A DNA stretch of 64,000 bases from Macrostomum lignano (lineage: Eukaryota). Under the pieces are notes generated by a model. It ran no database searches. It had not been told where the DNA came from and saw nothing but the letters and a program-made list of their open reading frames with translations. The stretch spans positions 124,001-188,000 of the forward strand of contig NIVC01001855.1 in assembly GCA_002269645.1 (NCBI GenBank), written 5' to 3'. This document shows positions 1 through 11,556 of the stretch, one piece after another; the first letter of the stretch is position 1; the number at the start of each line of letters is the position of its first letter. Position numbers and translations under genes: made by a program.

Positions 1-1
1 T

Positions 2-706
2 CTAGCCAAGCTCTACGACGGCCTAAGTTTAAACGACCAAGCAGATTTTTTACTGGATCTTCTGTCGACTATCAGGCACACGAGGGCGATGCTGACGGTC
101 ATGGCTGCTCGGGGTGGCACAGAAGATCGCGAGGCTCTGCAACTGTTCACCAAATCGGCTTTAGCAACGACTTTTCCATCTACTCGTAGATCTAGCGGAA
201 AAGAATTTCAACTTCCTGTGCACTTCTATGCGCCGTTTCTTGACTCGTCATTGCAGTTGGCCACGTTGATGGCTTACAGGGTGCTCGATAAAGCTGTCAA
301 GACGGATACTAGTAAATGCCAAATAGACTCAAGCTCATTCGATCTGGTGACGAACGCTGTACTCAAGGCAGTCAGCATCAGAGCGGCTAGTCAGGCAGTG
401 CAACACAGTGATTCGACGCTTAGTTGCATCGATTCAATCCGACTCTGGTGCCAGAAAACTGCAGCCGGTGATAAATGGTCGCAGACTGACATTGAAGCGT
501 GGGTTGCTGAGCAGAAGCTCATTATTAGCCTGTTGCCAGATTGCTCGCCGAGTCGCAGCTGCGGCAACAGCAGCAACATTGGTGTTTCTGAGTCAGTGCG
601 ACATTGCGCTGAGCAGCTATTTAACCAGCTAGCGAACCACACCAGTCCAACAATGTTGGCACTTCAGATGGAACTGGACAACATAAATTGGAATCATATT
701 TCATAG
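2..706 (+). CDS. 3' end (terminal exon) of an uncharacterised protein starting upstream of the window
   Basis: Frame is open from base 2 (LAKLYDGLSLNDQADFLLDLLSTIRHTRAM...) to the stop at 704-706. Non-repetitive and helical-looking, followed by AT-rich 3' sequence. No family recognised. Confidence 0.6.
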   Translation, partial: LAKLYDGLSLNDQADFLLDLLSTIRHTRAMLTVMAARGGTEDREALQLFTKSALATTFPSTRRSSGKEFQLPVHFYAPFLDSSLQLATLMAYRVLDKAVKTDTSKCQIDSSSFDLVTNAVLKAVSIRAASQAVQHSDSTLSCIDSIRLWCQKTAAGDKWSQTDIEAWVAEQKLIISLLPDCSPSRSCGNSSNIGVSESVRHCAEQLFNQLANHTSPTMLALQMELDNINWNHIS

Positions 707-1134
707 AGAGAGCAGCTTGTGTGGCTCAGTCTTTAACATAAGCCGACTGGTTTCCCAAGGATTTCCCGAAATAATGCCTGAAAAAAAATTTAAACGTGTT
801 CCTAAAAACAAAGAGGAAAAAATATTTTTCATTTATGATTCTTCTTAATATCTAATTCACAGTGAAATCAGGCACAAATCAGTTTATATTATTTCATTTT
901 AAAGTGTTTTTGTGTAATATTCGCGTTCGCGCTACAAAAAAACCAGAAGATCAAGCAGAAATGATTATGGAAATTAAAAAAGCTACTTGCTACTAGTAAA
1001 AATATAACAAAACCATACACTCATTACTAGTATCCATATGCTCGAATTCTTTTTTTTCAAAATTACCATGATAAATCAATTGCTTTAATTTAATGAAGTT
1101 CACACCCCAGCGACTGCTTGTCACTCCCAACACA

Positions 1135-2074
1135 TCAAAGCTTAGACTTTCGCGAGAAAAATTTCGCCACAGCATTGAAGCAGTCCTCGGATATCCAGCG
1201 CTCCTGCAGCCGGTTGCACTCCCGTTCGTTGGTGGCGTGCAGCTCCGCTCTGATTGGCTCTCGCAAAAGCTGCTTGGCGTAAATTAGCGTCTGCAAAGAG
1301 ATAGAAGAGGGAGAGAGGCAGATGGGAGACGAAAGGAGAGGGAGATAAGAGAGAAAGGGAGAGAGGGAGATAAGAGAGAAAGGGACAGAGGGAGATAAGA
1401 GAGAAAGGGAGAGACGGAGATAAGAGAGAAAGGGAGAGAGGGAGATAAGAGAGAAGGGAGAGACGGAGATAAGAGAGAAAGGGAGAGAGGGAGATAAGAG
1501 AGAAGGGAGAGAGGGAGATAGGAGAGGAAGGGAGAGAGGGAGATAGGGGAGAGAGGGAGAGAGGGAGATAGGAGAGGAAGGGAGAGAAAAGTTACAACAG
1601 TAGGCTTCTAAAAATCTGAAAACTATTTTAAGCTAGCTAGCTCTCCGCAGCAGAAAATTGAATTAATGAGATCAGTGCATCCAGTGAACAAATCGGTTAA
1701 GCAAAAATTAGCAGATGACCGGCGCTCACCTGTCTGGGCAGGGCGGCAATCTCTTCAACTGCGGCGCCGGCCTCGGCGGCGAAGGAGGCAGCCGGGAAGA
1801 CCCGGCTAACGAGGCCGCAGGACAGCGCCTCCTGGGCGGAGATCTTCCGGTTGAACATGACCAGGGAGGCAGCAGCCGGCAGGCCCATGATGCGGGGCAG
1901 GGTGTAGGAGGAGCAGCCTTCGGGAGTTTGGCCCAGCGAGGAGAATGGCATGTGGAATGTGGCTGAGTCGGAGGCGAACACCTGCGATTAGGGAGTAGGA
2001 ATTTAATTGACTTTATTGTTAAAGCTTAACTATCTACCTACCTGTCTGCATCTATCTATCTGTCTATCTATCTG

Positions 2075-2142
<68 letters not shown>

Positions 2143-4451
2143 CACTTATTTCCAACAAATGCGCCCAGTTCTCAAAAGACTCACCTGATCGTACAGGCCC
2201 AGCGTGGACACAGAGATGCCCACCGCGGGCCCATTAACCAGCGCAATCAACGGCTTGGGGAAGTCGATAAATGCCGCAACAAAGCGACGCAAAATGGCGT
2301 TACCATCGGCGGCCATCTGCTCCATGGTGACGCCGGGTTTTAAATTGGTGAAGCTGGACAAATCGTTGCCGGAGCTGAAATACTCCCCGGCACCGGTGAT
2401 GACCATAGCCTTGACCTTGTCGTCAGCGGCGGCCTGCTCCATCGCTTTGGACCATTCAGCGTATAGATCGGTTGAGATGGCATTCTTCTTGGCTGGCCGA
2501 TTCAGGGTGAACCAAAGCACCCCGCTAGGCGAGATGGATACTAGAGCTTCCTGAAAGTAAATAAAAATACATAATAAAGTTTCTGCGCAATCGTCTACTT
2601 ACAGTAGCAACATGAAAATTTAACAATCTTTATATATTGTAAATATTGGAATCCTCTCAATTGACCTTAGATGTTGTTAATGTTAGATCTTGGTTTTAAT
2701 TAACGCCAAAAAAATAAAGACAAAACAAACTTTTAGTGCTAAAAATGCAACGTTTCATTTATTGTCTTTTAAACCAATGCGAATGAGAATTGCTGCAGTA
2801 ACTGAGATTCGGATATTTGAACCTTGAGTGCATGCAAACATAATTATGTCGTATGTAAAAACAGACCTCGCTCGGACCCTTTTTATAGTTCTTAAATTTA
2901 TTTTTACAACTAGTAGCTAGAAGTAGTTAAAGTAGTTAAAACTTAATCCAACTATATCCAGGAGCGCCAACTAAAGGGGCACCAGCTACACAGGGGGCAC
3001 CAGCTACAGAGGGGCCGCCAGCTACAGAGGGGGCGCCAGCTACAGAGGGGCCGCCAGCTACAGAGGGGGCGCCAGCTACAGAGGGGCCGCCAGCTACAGA
3101 GGGGGCGCCAGCTACAGAGGGGGCGCCAGCTACAGAGGGGCCGCCAGCTACAGAGGGGGCGCCAGCTACAGAGGGGCCGCCAGCTACAGAGGGGGCGCCA
3201 GCTACAGAGGGGGCGCCAGCTACAGAGGGGCCGCCAGCTACAGAGGGGCCGCCAGCTACAGAGGGGGCGCCAGCTACAGAGGGGGCGCCAGCTACAGAGG
3301 GGGCGCCAGCTACAGAGGGGGCGCCAGCTACAGAGGGGGCGCCAGCTACAGAGGGGGCGCCAGCTACAGAGGGGGCGCCAGCTACAGAGGGGCGCCAGCT
3401 ACAGAGGGGGCACCAGCTACAGAAGGGGCGCCAGCTACAGAGAAGGCGCCAGCTACAGAGGGGGCGCCATCTACAGAAGGGGCACCAGCTACAGAGGGGC
3501 CGCCAGCTACAGAGGGGGCGCCAGCTACAGAAGGGGCACCAGCTACAGAGGGGGCGCCAGCTACAGAGGGGGGCGCCAGCTACAGAGGGGGCACCAGCTA
3601 CAGAGGGGGCGCCAGCTACAGAAGGGGCGCCAGCTACAGAGGGGGCACCAGCTACAGAGGGGGCGCCAGCTACAGAAGGGGCGCCAGCTACAGAAGGGGC
3701 GCCAGCTACAGAGGGGGCACCAGCTACAGAGGGGGCGCCAGCTACAGAGGGGGCGCCAGCTACAGAGGGGCGCCAGCTACAGAGGGGGCGCCAGCTACAG
3801 AGGGGGCGCCAACTACAGAGGGGGCGCCAACTACAGAGGGGGCGCCAGCTACAGAGGGGGCGCCAGCTACAGAGGGGGCGCCAGCTACAGAGCAAGCTGC
3901 CTATCAGTGAGCGCATGACAGCTAATCTTGCAGAGAAATGTCATTAGAAAATCTTCAGACAAAAAATCTTCAGCAAAACAAAAAATGCAGTTATTTTAAT
4001 AAAGATTTCACAATCAATAAGCTTGTACCTTATAATCAGCAGACGCAGTATTAGAATCGGCGGGATTAGTAGTATCGGCAGTAGTATCGGGAGCATCCAG
4101 CTTGCCGCCCATGGACTCCACCAGGTCAATGTACTGCTGCATAGCCTGATCCTTGGTCATGTCCCCAAGGCCGCTCCAAGCGTCCCATTTGGCTCGGCCG
4201 ACGAAATCGGTGAATCCCGGCTTCGGCTTGGTGCACTTGCCCTCCGTGGCCTGCTTATACAGGCTGTAGATCTTCAGCTTGGCAGCATTGCCGGGATCCT
4301 CAGTGAGCCGCTGCAGAGCTGACTGCGCCTTGGTGAATTTGTCAGCCAGTCCGCCTGCGGATGACAGGCTGCGTAGTCCACTGGCAGTCTGCACTACTGA
4401 TGCTGATAGAAACATTCTATTGCAAGCTGAGCTAAGTCGGTGCAGAGCCAT
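1135..4451 (-). CDS. ECI2: Enoyl-CoA delta isomerase 2 (ACBP domain + crotonase domain), about 398 aa, C-terminal SKL
   Basis: Exons 4029-4451, 2185-2550, 1730-1981 and 1135-1290, all phase 0 with GT-AG. ACBP motifs [12 protein letters not shown] and GRAKWDAW. Crotonase motifs [30 protein letters not shown] and [17 protein letters not shown]. The last exon reads [51 protein letters not shown]. Confidence 0.95.
1310..1590. repeat. GA-rich ~25-bp minisatellite in ECI2 intron 3
   Basis: Tandem GGGAGAGAGGGAGATAAGAGAGAAA-like units. Confidence 0.9.
2030..2143. repeat. (TCTA)n microsatellite in ECI2 intron 2
   Basis: Direct reading. Confidence 0.95.
2965..3893. repeat. 18-bp minisatellite (CCAGCTACAGAGGGGGCG)n in ECI2 intron 1
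   Basis: About 50 units. Explains the spurious AGAPSV/CSWRPL ORF. Confidence 0.95.
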
Positions 4452-4684
4452 TAATTTGCTTATTGGTTGGTTATATGCAATTTTCTGCAAACATGTATGG
4501 ATGATTATTCTGCAGAAATTTTCACTGCATATGCTTACAGATAGCAACTGCTCTTGTGGCCACAACACAACTATAAAAATATAGTAGGTGAGAATTTTTC
4601 CCATTACATTTTACAATTGTGAATTTTTAATTATACTATAAATGATTAGAATAGGAAGATTAATGACATTAACAAATTTTAATA

Positions 4685-4715
4685 TACGAGGGGCGTCCGG
4701 AAAAGTCTGGCATTG
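4685..4715 (+). mobile_element. Possible solo Tc1/mariner-type terminal inverted repeat
   Basis: TA-CGAGGGGCGTCCGGAAAAGT resembles mariner-family ends. No partner end found nearby. Confidence 0.25.
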
Positions 4716-5499
4716 TATTAAACCATTGACTCTGCCATTGAGTGTACTAATTTAGAGAAATAGAAAAAATTCATTAAAACTGGTTAAACAGTCAAGACTA
4801 TAGTCAACACTTTTGCCATTAATGGAAGTTTAGATTTTCATTAATGGTGCCTAACATTGATTTCTATAGGGGGCCTATATCTTATCAGTTATCAGTAATG
4901 ATAAATATTGTAATTGGGTATAGTATCTGGCCTAGATCTACAAATCTTAGATAGGTACTACTATAATAAAATCGGATTAGGCCCTAACCAAACAAAAAGC
5001 ATTCTCTTAAGCTTTTATTGCAGATATTTATCTATTAAATAAAGCAAATAAAACCTAGCCTAGGCCAAGTACACAATACTTTGTTCACTTTGTTGCTTGC
5101 TTAGGCCTATAGGCCTAGATATATTCCAAGTTTTTTTGTAGCTTATAATTAAATTGATTAATTGTTACTTGAATTATTAAACTAAAAATATTGGTACCAG
5201 GGTAGCTTCATATTAGGCTAAACTTATTTTAGTTAGGTAATATTATTACTAAACCTACCTGGAATAAAATTTAAAAAGAAAATTTAAAAAATTTATATAG
5301 ATTATTTGTTTTAAATATATTATTGCAGTTATATTTTTATATATAATATAATATTTTGTATTATTTCAATAATTGCATAGTATTTATACATGATTAAAAT
5401 ATATACTTAATTAATATAACAATTGCTAGGCCTATTATATTAAGTTGCAAATTAAAGATAGAGAATAGATAGATATAATAGCAACAAGAGATTCAATAT

Positions 5500-5790
5500 C
5501 AGTGGCGGCATTACATAGCACCTCCAATTATAAGAGGAAGTAGGGGGTATGGTATGGTGGGTGGTCACCCCCTTCTCTAGCAAATTTTCTAGAATTAGAG
5601 TAGCCTAGCGCTAACACATTGCATGAAAAATCTTACAAAAATGCTAATTATAGGCCTAAGCTTATACAAAAAAACTAGGCCTATGGTAGGTCACCCCATG
5701 GAGGGATGGGAGGGTGTGGTCACTGGTCACCCAGGGGAGCAGCCCCCTCTGGCCTCTGCCCCCCCAGCCCTGTGCCCTGCATTGCCACTG
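5500..5790. mobile_element. Non-autonomous hAT-type MITE (291 bp)
   Basis: Ends CAGTGGC... and ...GCCACTG. Perfect 8-bp target-site duplication TTCAATAT at 5492-5499 and 5791-5798. Confidence 0.8.
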
Positions 5791-6849
5791 TTCAATATTG
5801 TGGCTATTTTGGTCTTACAGTGCTTACACTATTCATAATGCCATGCCTATAACACACTTTATATGCTATCTAGAGCAAATGTGATAGATGGAATTTGAAC
5901 TTTTATTTAGTCCCCTATTGGTCACCTAATTCACGTTCTAGATCATGTTAAACTAATACTAGAAGAAAAGATCAAGCTCTTCTAGTTTATACGAAGGCCC
6001 AAGGCCAAGGCCAAGGGAATAAATAAGAAGAAAAATGTACGTAGAGTAGCCTAAAAAATTAACATAGAATCCTAATTTTTTGAACGAAAAGCTTTATGAA
6101 TATCGATAGAGCAATAAGAAAGGCACAACATATCAAAAGATGAACACTGGATCTGCCTCCTATCAAAAGCAATAACAATTTTTGTGCTGAAAAAATGAAA
6201 ACTTCCTATCTCCGTAGTGTTTTTTTGGAAAAACCTGCAGCCTTCAAAATTTTTCTAAGAAACAAGGTTTCCCATCCTTCTACTTAAGTCGTCCTTGTCT
6301 TGCCGCTCGGGTACTGTAGCTACCAGGGTAAATCGTACTGACGATAGCCCATACACGTTCAGTTAGTAAGAGATTCGTAGTTTGAGGCTACCCACAGAGG
6401 TGAGATAAGGTCAAGTAGGTTAGTAATAGCAACTTGTGGTTAGGACTTAAACCACTACGACAACTTGGTGGACCCCCTGCATTTATTCATAGAACGATCC
6501 AGTGAAGCTTTGAATTTCACCATTGCGAATATCGGGGGCGCCCACTAAAAGGCTAAGCTTTTTAAGAGATAGTAAAATGGTTGTTCAAAGAATTGCAATA
6601 TAATAACTTCCGTCTATATCACTGTTAAGAGTTGAATAGCTCCGAAAAATTTTCCGTTGTTTCACGCGGTCACTGACGAATCATGCCCTCGAAGCTCTTC
6701 ATGGAGTAGTAAACTCGAAGCACGGGGTTGGTATTAGGCAAATAGTAGTAGATACCCAGTGTCGTAGGCACTTTTAAAAAAACCCTGTTATTTTAAACAT
6801 TTTGGAAAAAGATAGGAAAAAGAATGAAATAGAAATTAAAAGCCAAAGC

Positions 6850-7780
6850 GGTGGGTACAGGTATTTTGTACTGGGGCACCATCAAGGAGCACCAGTTGAA
6901 CCACCAGCAGGACCATCAGCGCAGCTTCCAGAGGACCAATTATCGTTATCAGAATCGATAATGCTGAACTGCATGTTCATTACATGATTTGATGTGGTTC
7001 GTTGTCCGAAATTTGACCTGCTCGTGTTCAGCGGTCCCATCGAGCACCTGTACTTGTCGGTCGCTGGGCCAACAGAGCTGGGCCAACAGAGAAGGGATCA
7101 TCTCAGCCCAGGTACCAGTTGTCATCCCAGTCGCTGAACTCCCAGTGGACTCTCCACACTCCAGTCAATTAGTGAGCTGGTGCAGGAGCTGCTCCAGACC
7201 CATCCAGTAGTTTCGACTCTCGCCCTGACCGAATCTGCTCGCGTGCTCCGACCAGTTCCGGTTGAAGCTGACGGAGTCGCGGTCGACTCTGTGTAGGAAG
7301 ATCTGCCAGCAGCTGTCCGGCTCCTTGATCGACCTGCGATTGGAGGGTATGGAACAGATGTAAGCTATCTGGTGCTTCCAGAGTGCCACCATGGCAAAGG
7401 AAGGCAACTGACAGATACGCAGCTCACTCACACAGCGCATCAAGGTAATTCACAGAAACGCCTCACTCACCCAGAGTATCGGTAAACTCGGATTTCCATC
7501 GTGCCGGCACTTTCTGCAGTTGTCTCTGCTGCCACGGTCACACTCCAGCAGGGTGCAGTCGCCCGATGCAGTGTCGTAAAACACCACATGAGCCTTCGCC
7601 GCCTGAGATTTGCTAAGACAGACGACTTGCTGTTAGTCTTAAACGTTGACAGCACCCTGTACTCGGCGAGGTCACCGCGAACCGGCTTCCAGCTCCAGAC
7701 TGACGAGGCAGAGACGGGTGGCAGAGAAGGCAAAGCACAAGTAGTGAAGGCCAGCAGCAAGAGGTGAGAACCGCAGTCAT
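6850..7780 (-). pseudogene. Secreted PAN/apple-like + fibrinogen-related domain (FReD) pseudogene
   Basis: ATG at 7780 with a frameshifted signal-like stretch. PAN-like CLSKSQAAKAHVVFYDTASGDCTLLEC. FReD motifs WQIFLHRVDRDSVSFNRNWSEHASRFG, NYWMGLEQL, VHWEFSDWD, FSVGP, MQFSIIDSDNDNWSSGSCA and WWFNWC are spread over several frames, with in-frame TGA stops and a 14-bp duplication (CTGGGCCAACAGAG x2, 7064-7091). Confidence 0.8.
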
Positions 7781-9949
7781 TTCTCCTGGCAATTGATGAC
7801 TTTCCTCTAGGTTATGACGAATAGACTGATTTTTCTCTCGGAAGGCCAGAATTTTTTTGGAGACGCAGATTTTGTGTCTGGAGTGACTTTTATTTATGCT
7901 GCAGTTTCCAGCTTTTCAATTTGGCGTGAATGCTTGCAGATTTCTGTTGAATGAGGCGTGACACTTTTAACGATATCTGTACGTGCTGTGCTGATCTGCT
8001 TCGATCATTAGCCCCATCAGCATTTGGTTGTCCTGCCGCTTCAACACGCTTGACAATGATATATTCTTCTGGTAATGACATTAACACTCAAAAATAGTGC
8101 AGAAGAATATATCATTGCTATGCACTTTTGGTGACAATAACACGCGCGTGGGATGCGTGGTAATGTCATTTTGGATATAAACACGCAACGGCAATTTGAA
8201 CAATAACAAAGGGTAAATTTTATTTTTTGATGTTAGGTAGAAAAACATCAAAAACTGTTCAACAAAGAAATCGCATGTTAATCAGTTAATACCAGGCCTA
8301 CACAGTAACGTCACTCAGAAAGAATATCAATCAGATTGCGACTGCCGCCAATGGTCACTTTCATCTTCTTTGACGGAGCAGCCTGCACACGTAGTGCGCT
8401 GTCGGTCTGGACAGGCTCTTGATAAGCATCCGCACATTCTTCCAATGTACCACAATATGCTTCGCTTCGCATATTGTTTCGCTTATTGTGGTTGGAGTTT
8501 GGACGAGCAAGCTTCCCTCTCTTTATGGGATCAAAAAACTACAGTTCGTATTAATGTCGATGTGGACCATAGACTAAAATTTATTTACATTTTTAATTAA
8601 TGGTAGAAAGTGGGAGACTAAAATTTATTTACATTTAATTAATGACTTCACAGATGCCGTGCAGATCAAGAAAGCGAGTCTTTGAATTGTTTTGCTTTGT
8701 GAGGAAAAACTGTGTTGATCCGTTAGGCGCTTCCAGCGCTGCATTTGAGTTCGGCACAATCAGTCATTTAATTGGTTACTGTATTGTCTCTGCTTTCAGC
8801 TCTGTAGTTAAGATATGTCTTCTGTTTCAGCATCCAGGATGCAGGATCCACCATTGTCTGGCTAGCAGCCCCCCGACAAAAATCTATTATTCTCTATTCT
8901 GAGAGTTGTTGTTCTGTCCCAATGGCTCCTCACTCACTGAATAGACGCAAAGCGACACTACGCATAGCGAGTCTTTTAAAAATCTGCATTTGAAACAGTC
9001 GTTTGTCATGTGCTTGTTTTTCTGCTTTTCATTCAGTTGAAAAAAATTGTCGACTTTGTTTGTCTTTGACTCCAAATTGGAGTCAAAAGTTGTCTTTTTG
9101 ACTCCAATTTACTCGCTTCTATTGACTGTTGCTGTAAGCTAAGTATATAGTTTGATGGAGAGATACATCAAAGTCAGAAAACGCTGAACAAAAAGATTCT
9201 GCTCATGCATTGTCGCGATGCTAGAATTCGTGCGACTAAATTTAGGGCACTAGTAGATAAGTAAGAATATTATCTGTGATCTTGTAAGCTAGCTCGCTTG
9301 GCAAGCAGCAAGAAGAGGAAACCGAAAATCAACATCGGTTTAATGAAACCAAGCGTGTCGCACGACAATGTGCATGTTGAGGTTTATTTAATTACTAACG
9401 AGTAGGTTGCGAGTGAATAAATGTGATGACATTTATGTAAATTTAGTCCGTAATCGAAAGGCAAGGTCCAAAGGGACGGGTGGTTTGGGTTGCAGCCAAC
9501 TACACAGAATGTCTTAGAACACGCCGAGAACATGACCAGCGCCACTACTATTTTGATGTTGAGTGTTGAGGCTGGGGGACTGAGATTTAATGCAGTCAAA
9601 TAAGCAATGGTCAATGTCTTTGAAGCATTCCTCAGGTTTACAATTGGAGCAACTGCTGCATTCTAAGAGGTGAGTTTGGATTGCCAACGGTTAATTGAGC
9701 CAGTGCTCCCTGATTCTGGTGTGCAGGTGCCTTTTAGTTTTCCCCACGCAGAGAAAGGGATAACAAGAACTGATTCATTGAGATGGATGCAATCAGTTTT
9801 AGCAGTTTTCTGTGTTTTCTGTTTGGAAATAGTTTTGGAAACGAATTTGTGAATGTGCTTTTGGATAAACACACGAGGACTGTTAAAAATTTTAGTTCAG
9901 AAAATTCACTTTCGGTCAAAGTTGATCCAGGTGTTGCAGACAATTTAAG

Positions 9950-10330
9950 CTCTGTGGAGCAAAACATCTGATCAGACAAGATTTCCACTGCCTTGGGCAC
10001 AGGCAAAAATATCTTTGGCACCTGATGCCCGTTGAACTCCAATAATGCTCGAGTTCATTTGGGCGAATTCTAATAGCAGTCCCCGGATTGTCATCACAGG
10101 CTTTACCCTTTATACCGTTACCGTGGAGTATCTCAGCGGTAAACGCATCTGACTCTTACGTCATTGATTGTGTTCAATGTGCAGTTAGAAGAACATTGGG
10201 AAGTTTGCCACAGATCCCTCCGGACTCCGGCGATAGCCACAGCCAGACGCAGAGTTGATTTGGGACCCGTCAGTGAAGTCAGTGGATTCCACGGGGTTGC
10301 CAGTTGTCCCTTGCTTGATGATGCGGTGCT
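9950..10330 (-). mobile_element. Degenerate RNase H domain fragment of a non-LTR retrotransposon
   Basis: The minus strand gives, in order and across frameshifts, DFTDGSQINSASGCG, AFTAEIL and HYW..GHQ. These match the RNase H motifs xTDGS, FxAEL and WxxGH. Confidence 0.45.
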
Positions 10331-10861
10331 TCGTTTGGTCCTTTTGGCTCCTGCAGCAGGAAAGCGCGGCTCACGTCCCGGACATCCGTCTTGACCGCTG
10401 GAAAGCAGCTCTGTGCATGCCCTGTGTAAACACTGTTCTAGAATTTTCTAAGGACGAGCCGACTCTTTAATCTTCAAATTAAGCTGATGCAGGCATCCGA
10501 TCGCTCCCTCACTCTGCTTCTGCAGCTGAAGATACGTAGGCGTTTTTGATTGCTTATAATTACCGTTTACGCGCGATTGTAGAAGAGCACCCGCGAAGGC
10601 GGCGCCAATTACAATAGCAAGCTTCCATTTTGGCGCCAATTCCATGCTGGTACCTCCATGGAAATTGGCGTAGGTTTGTTTGAGCTTCCAACTCGATCCA
10701 GCTTCAGCGCCGATGATTGGCAACGCCGACGCAGCACTCGGCAGGCGCGTGATTCCCGGCTGCGTTTTTAAGCGGAGCGGCAGATCCGGGAGAGCGGAGC
10801 CAACACTCGCAAAGATAACTTGGCAAAACTGCAACCTCTCAATTCGAAAGATATAGCTAGC

Positions 10862-11249
10862 ATGAATCTGCTGCTGCTTGCTACCGTCTGTCTGTTGGGC
10901 TTTGCTGCTTCTAGTGCCTCACCTATCAGCAGGAACCATCCGCTGATTGATCCGGCCGCTAGCGACCACCTGGCCAACAAGAGACGCCTGCCCAGCAATG
11001 TCGTGTGTAAGTTGAACCGTTTTTCGAGTCGGACTAAAGATGCAAATGTTTCAAAATTCTTTCTAACTCTTTCTATAACCAATGCCCAGTAAACTATTTG
11101 TGTTTTTTTCAGACCCCAGAAACACCTGGAAAATCATCTGTACAATCCACTGCATCCATCAAGGCGGTCGCTACCGCAGGTACTGCGTCAGCGAACAAAA
11201 TTATTACAGCAATTATGTGGCCGAACGTTGTCCCTGCTACAGCTGTTAA
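10862..11249 (+). CDS. Secreted cysteine-rich defensin-like (CS-alpha/beta) prepropeptide, 93 aa, two exons
   Basis: Exons 10862-11006 and 11113-11249 with a 106-bp phase-1 intron (GTAAGT...TTTTTTTCAG). Protein MNLLLLATVCLLGFAASSASPISRNHPLIDPAASDHLANKRRLPSNVVYPRNTWKIICTIHCIHQGGRYRRYCVSEQNYYSNYVAERCPCYSC*. It has a signal peptide, a KRR site, and CxxxC and CxC motifs. AATAAA at 11427-11432. Confidence 0.8.
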
Positions 11250-11556
11250 TTAACTGGAACTGGTCGGAGCGACCGAATCTTGCGAACCAGCTAACTACCT
11301 ACTGATCTCAGCATTGCTTAAGAGCTGGAAAGCGAACAACATGAAAAGAGACAATTTTGATCAGTGATTTTGGTGGCAAGTTGCGGCATCGAGAGCGCAA
11401 GAATCAACCCCATATTGAGAGTTTAAAATAAACGAAGTGAATCCATCTGCTGATAAAACAAAATGAGCATAAAAAAGATGGCTTTTGATGGCTTTATCTA
11501 TTAAAAAGTTTAATTTATAAAAAATGCAGGGCTGAGCTAGCTGAGCTTAATAACCT

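Noticed and set aside
2936-3916. 326-aa AGAPSV repeat ORF
   Set aside because: It lies inside ECI2 intron 1 and is an 18-bp minisatellite.
6340-6770. Two CTGACGA motifs suggesting hammerhead ribozymes
   Set aside because: No stem II followed by GAAA at the required position on either strand.
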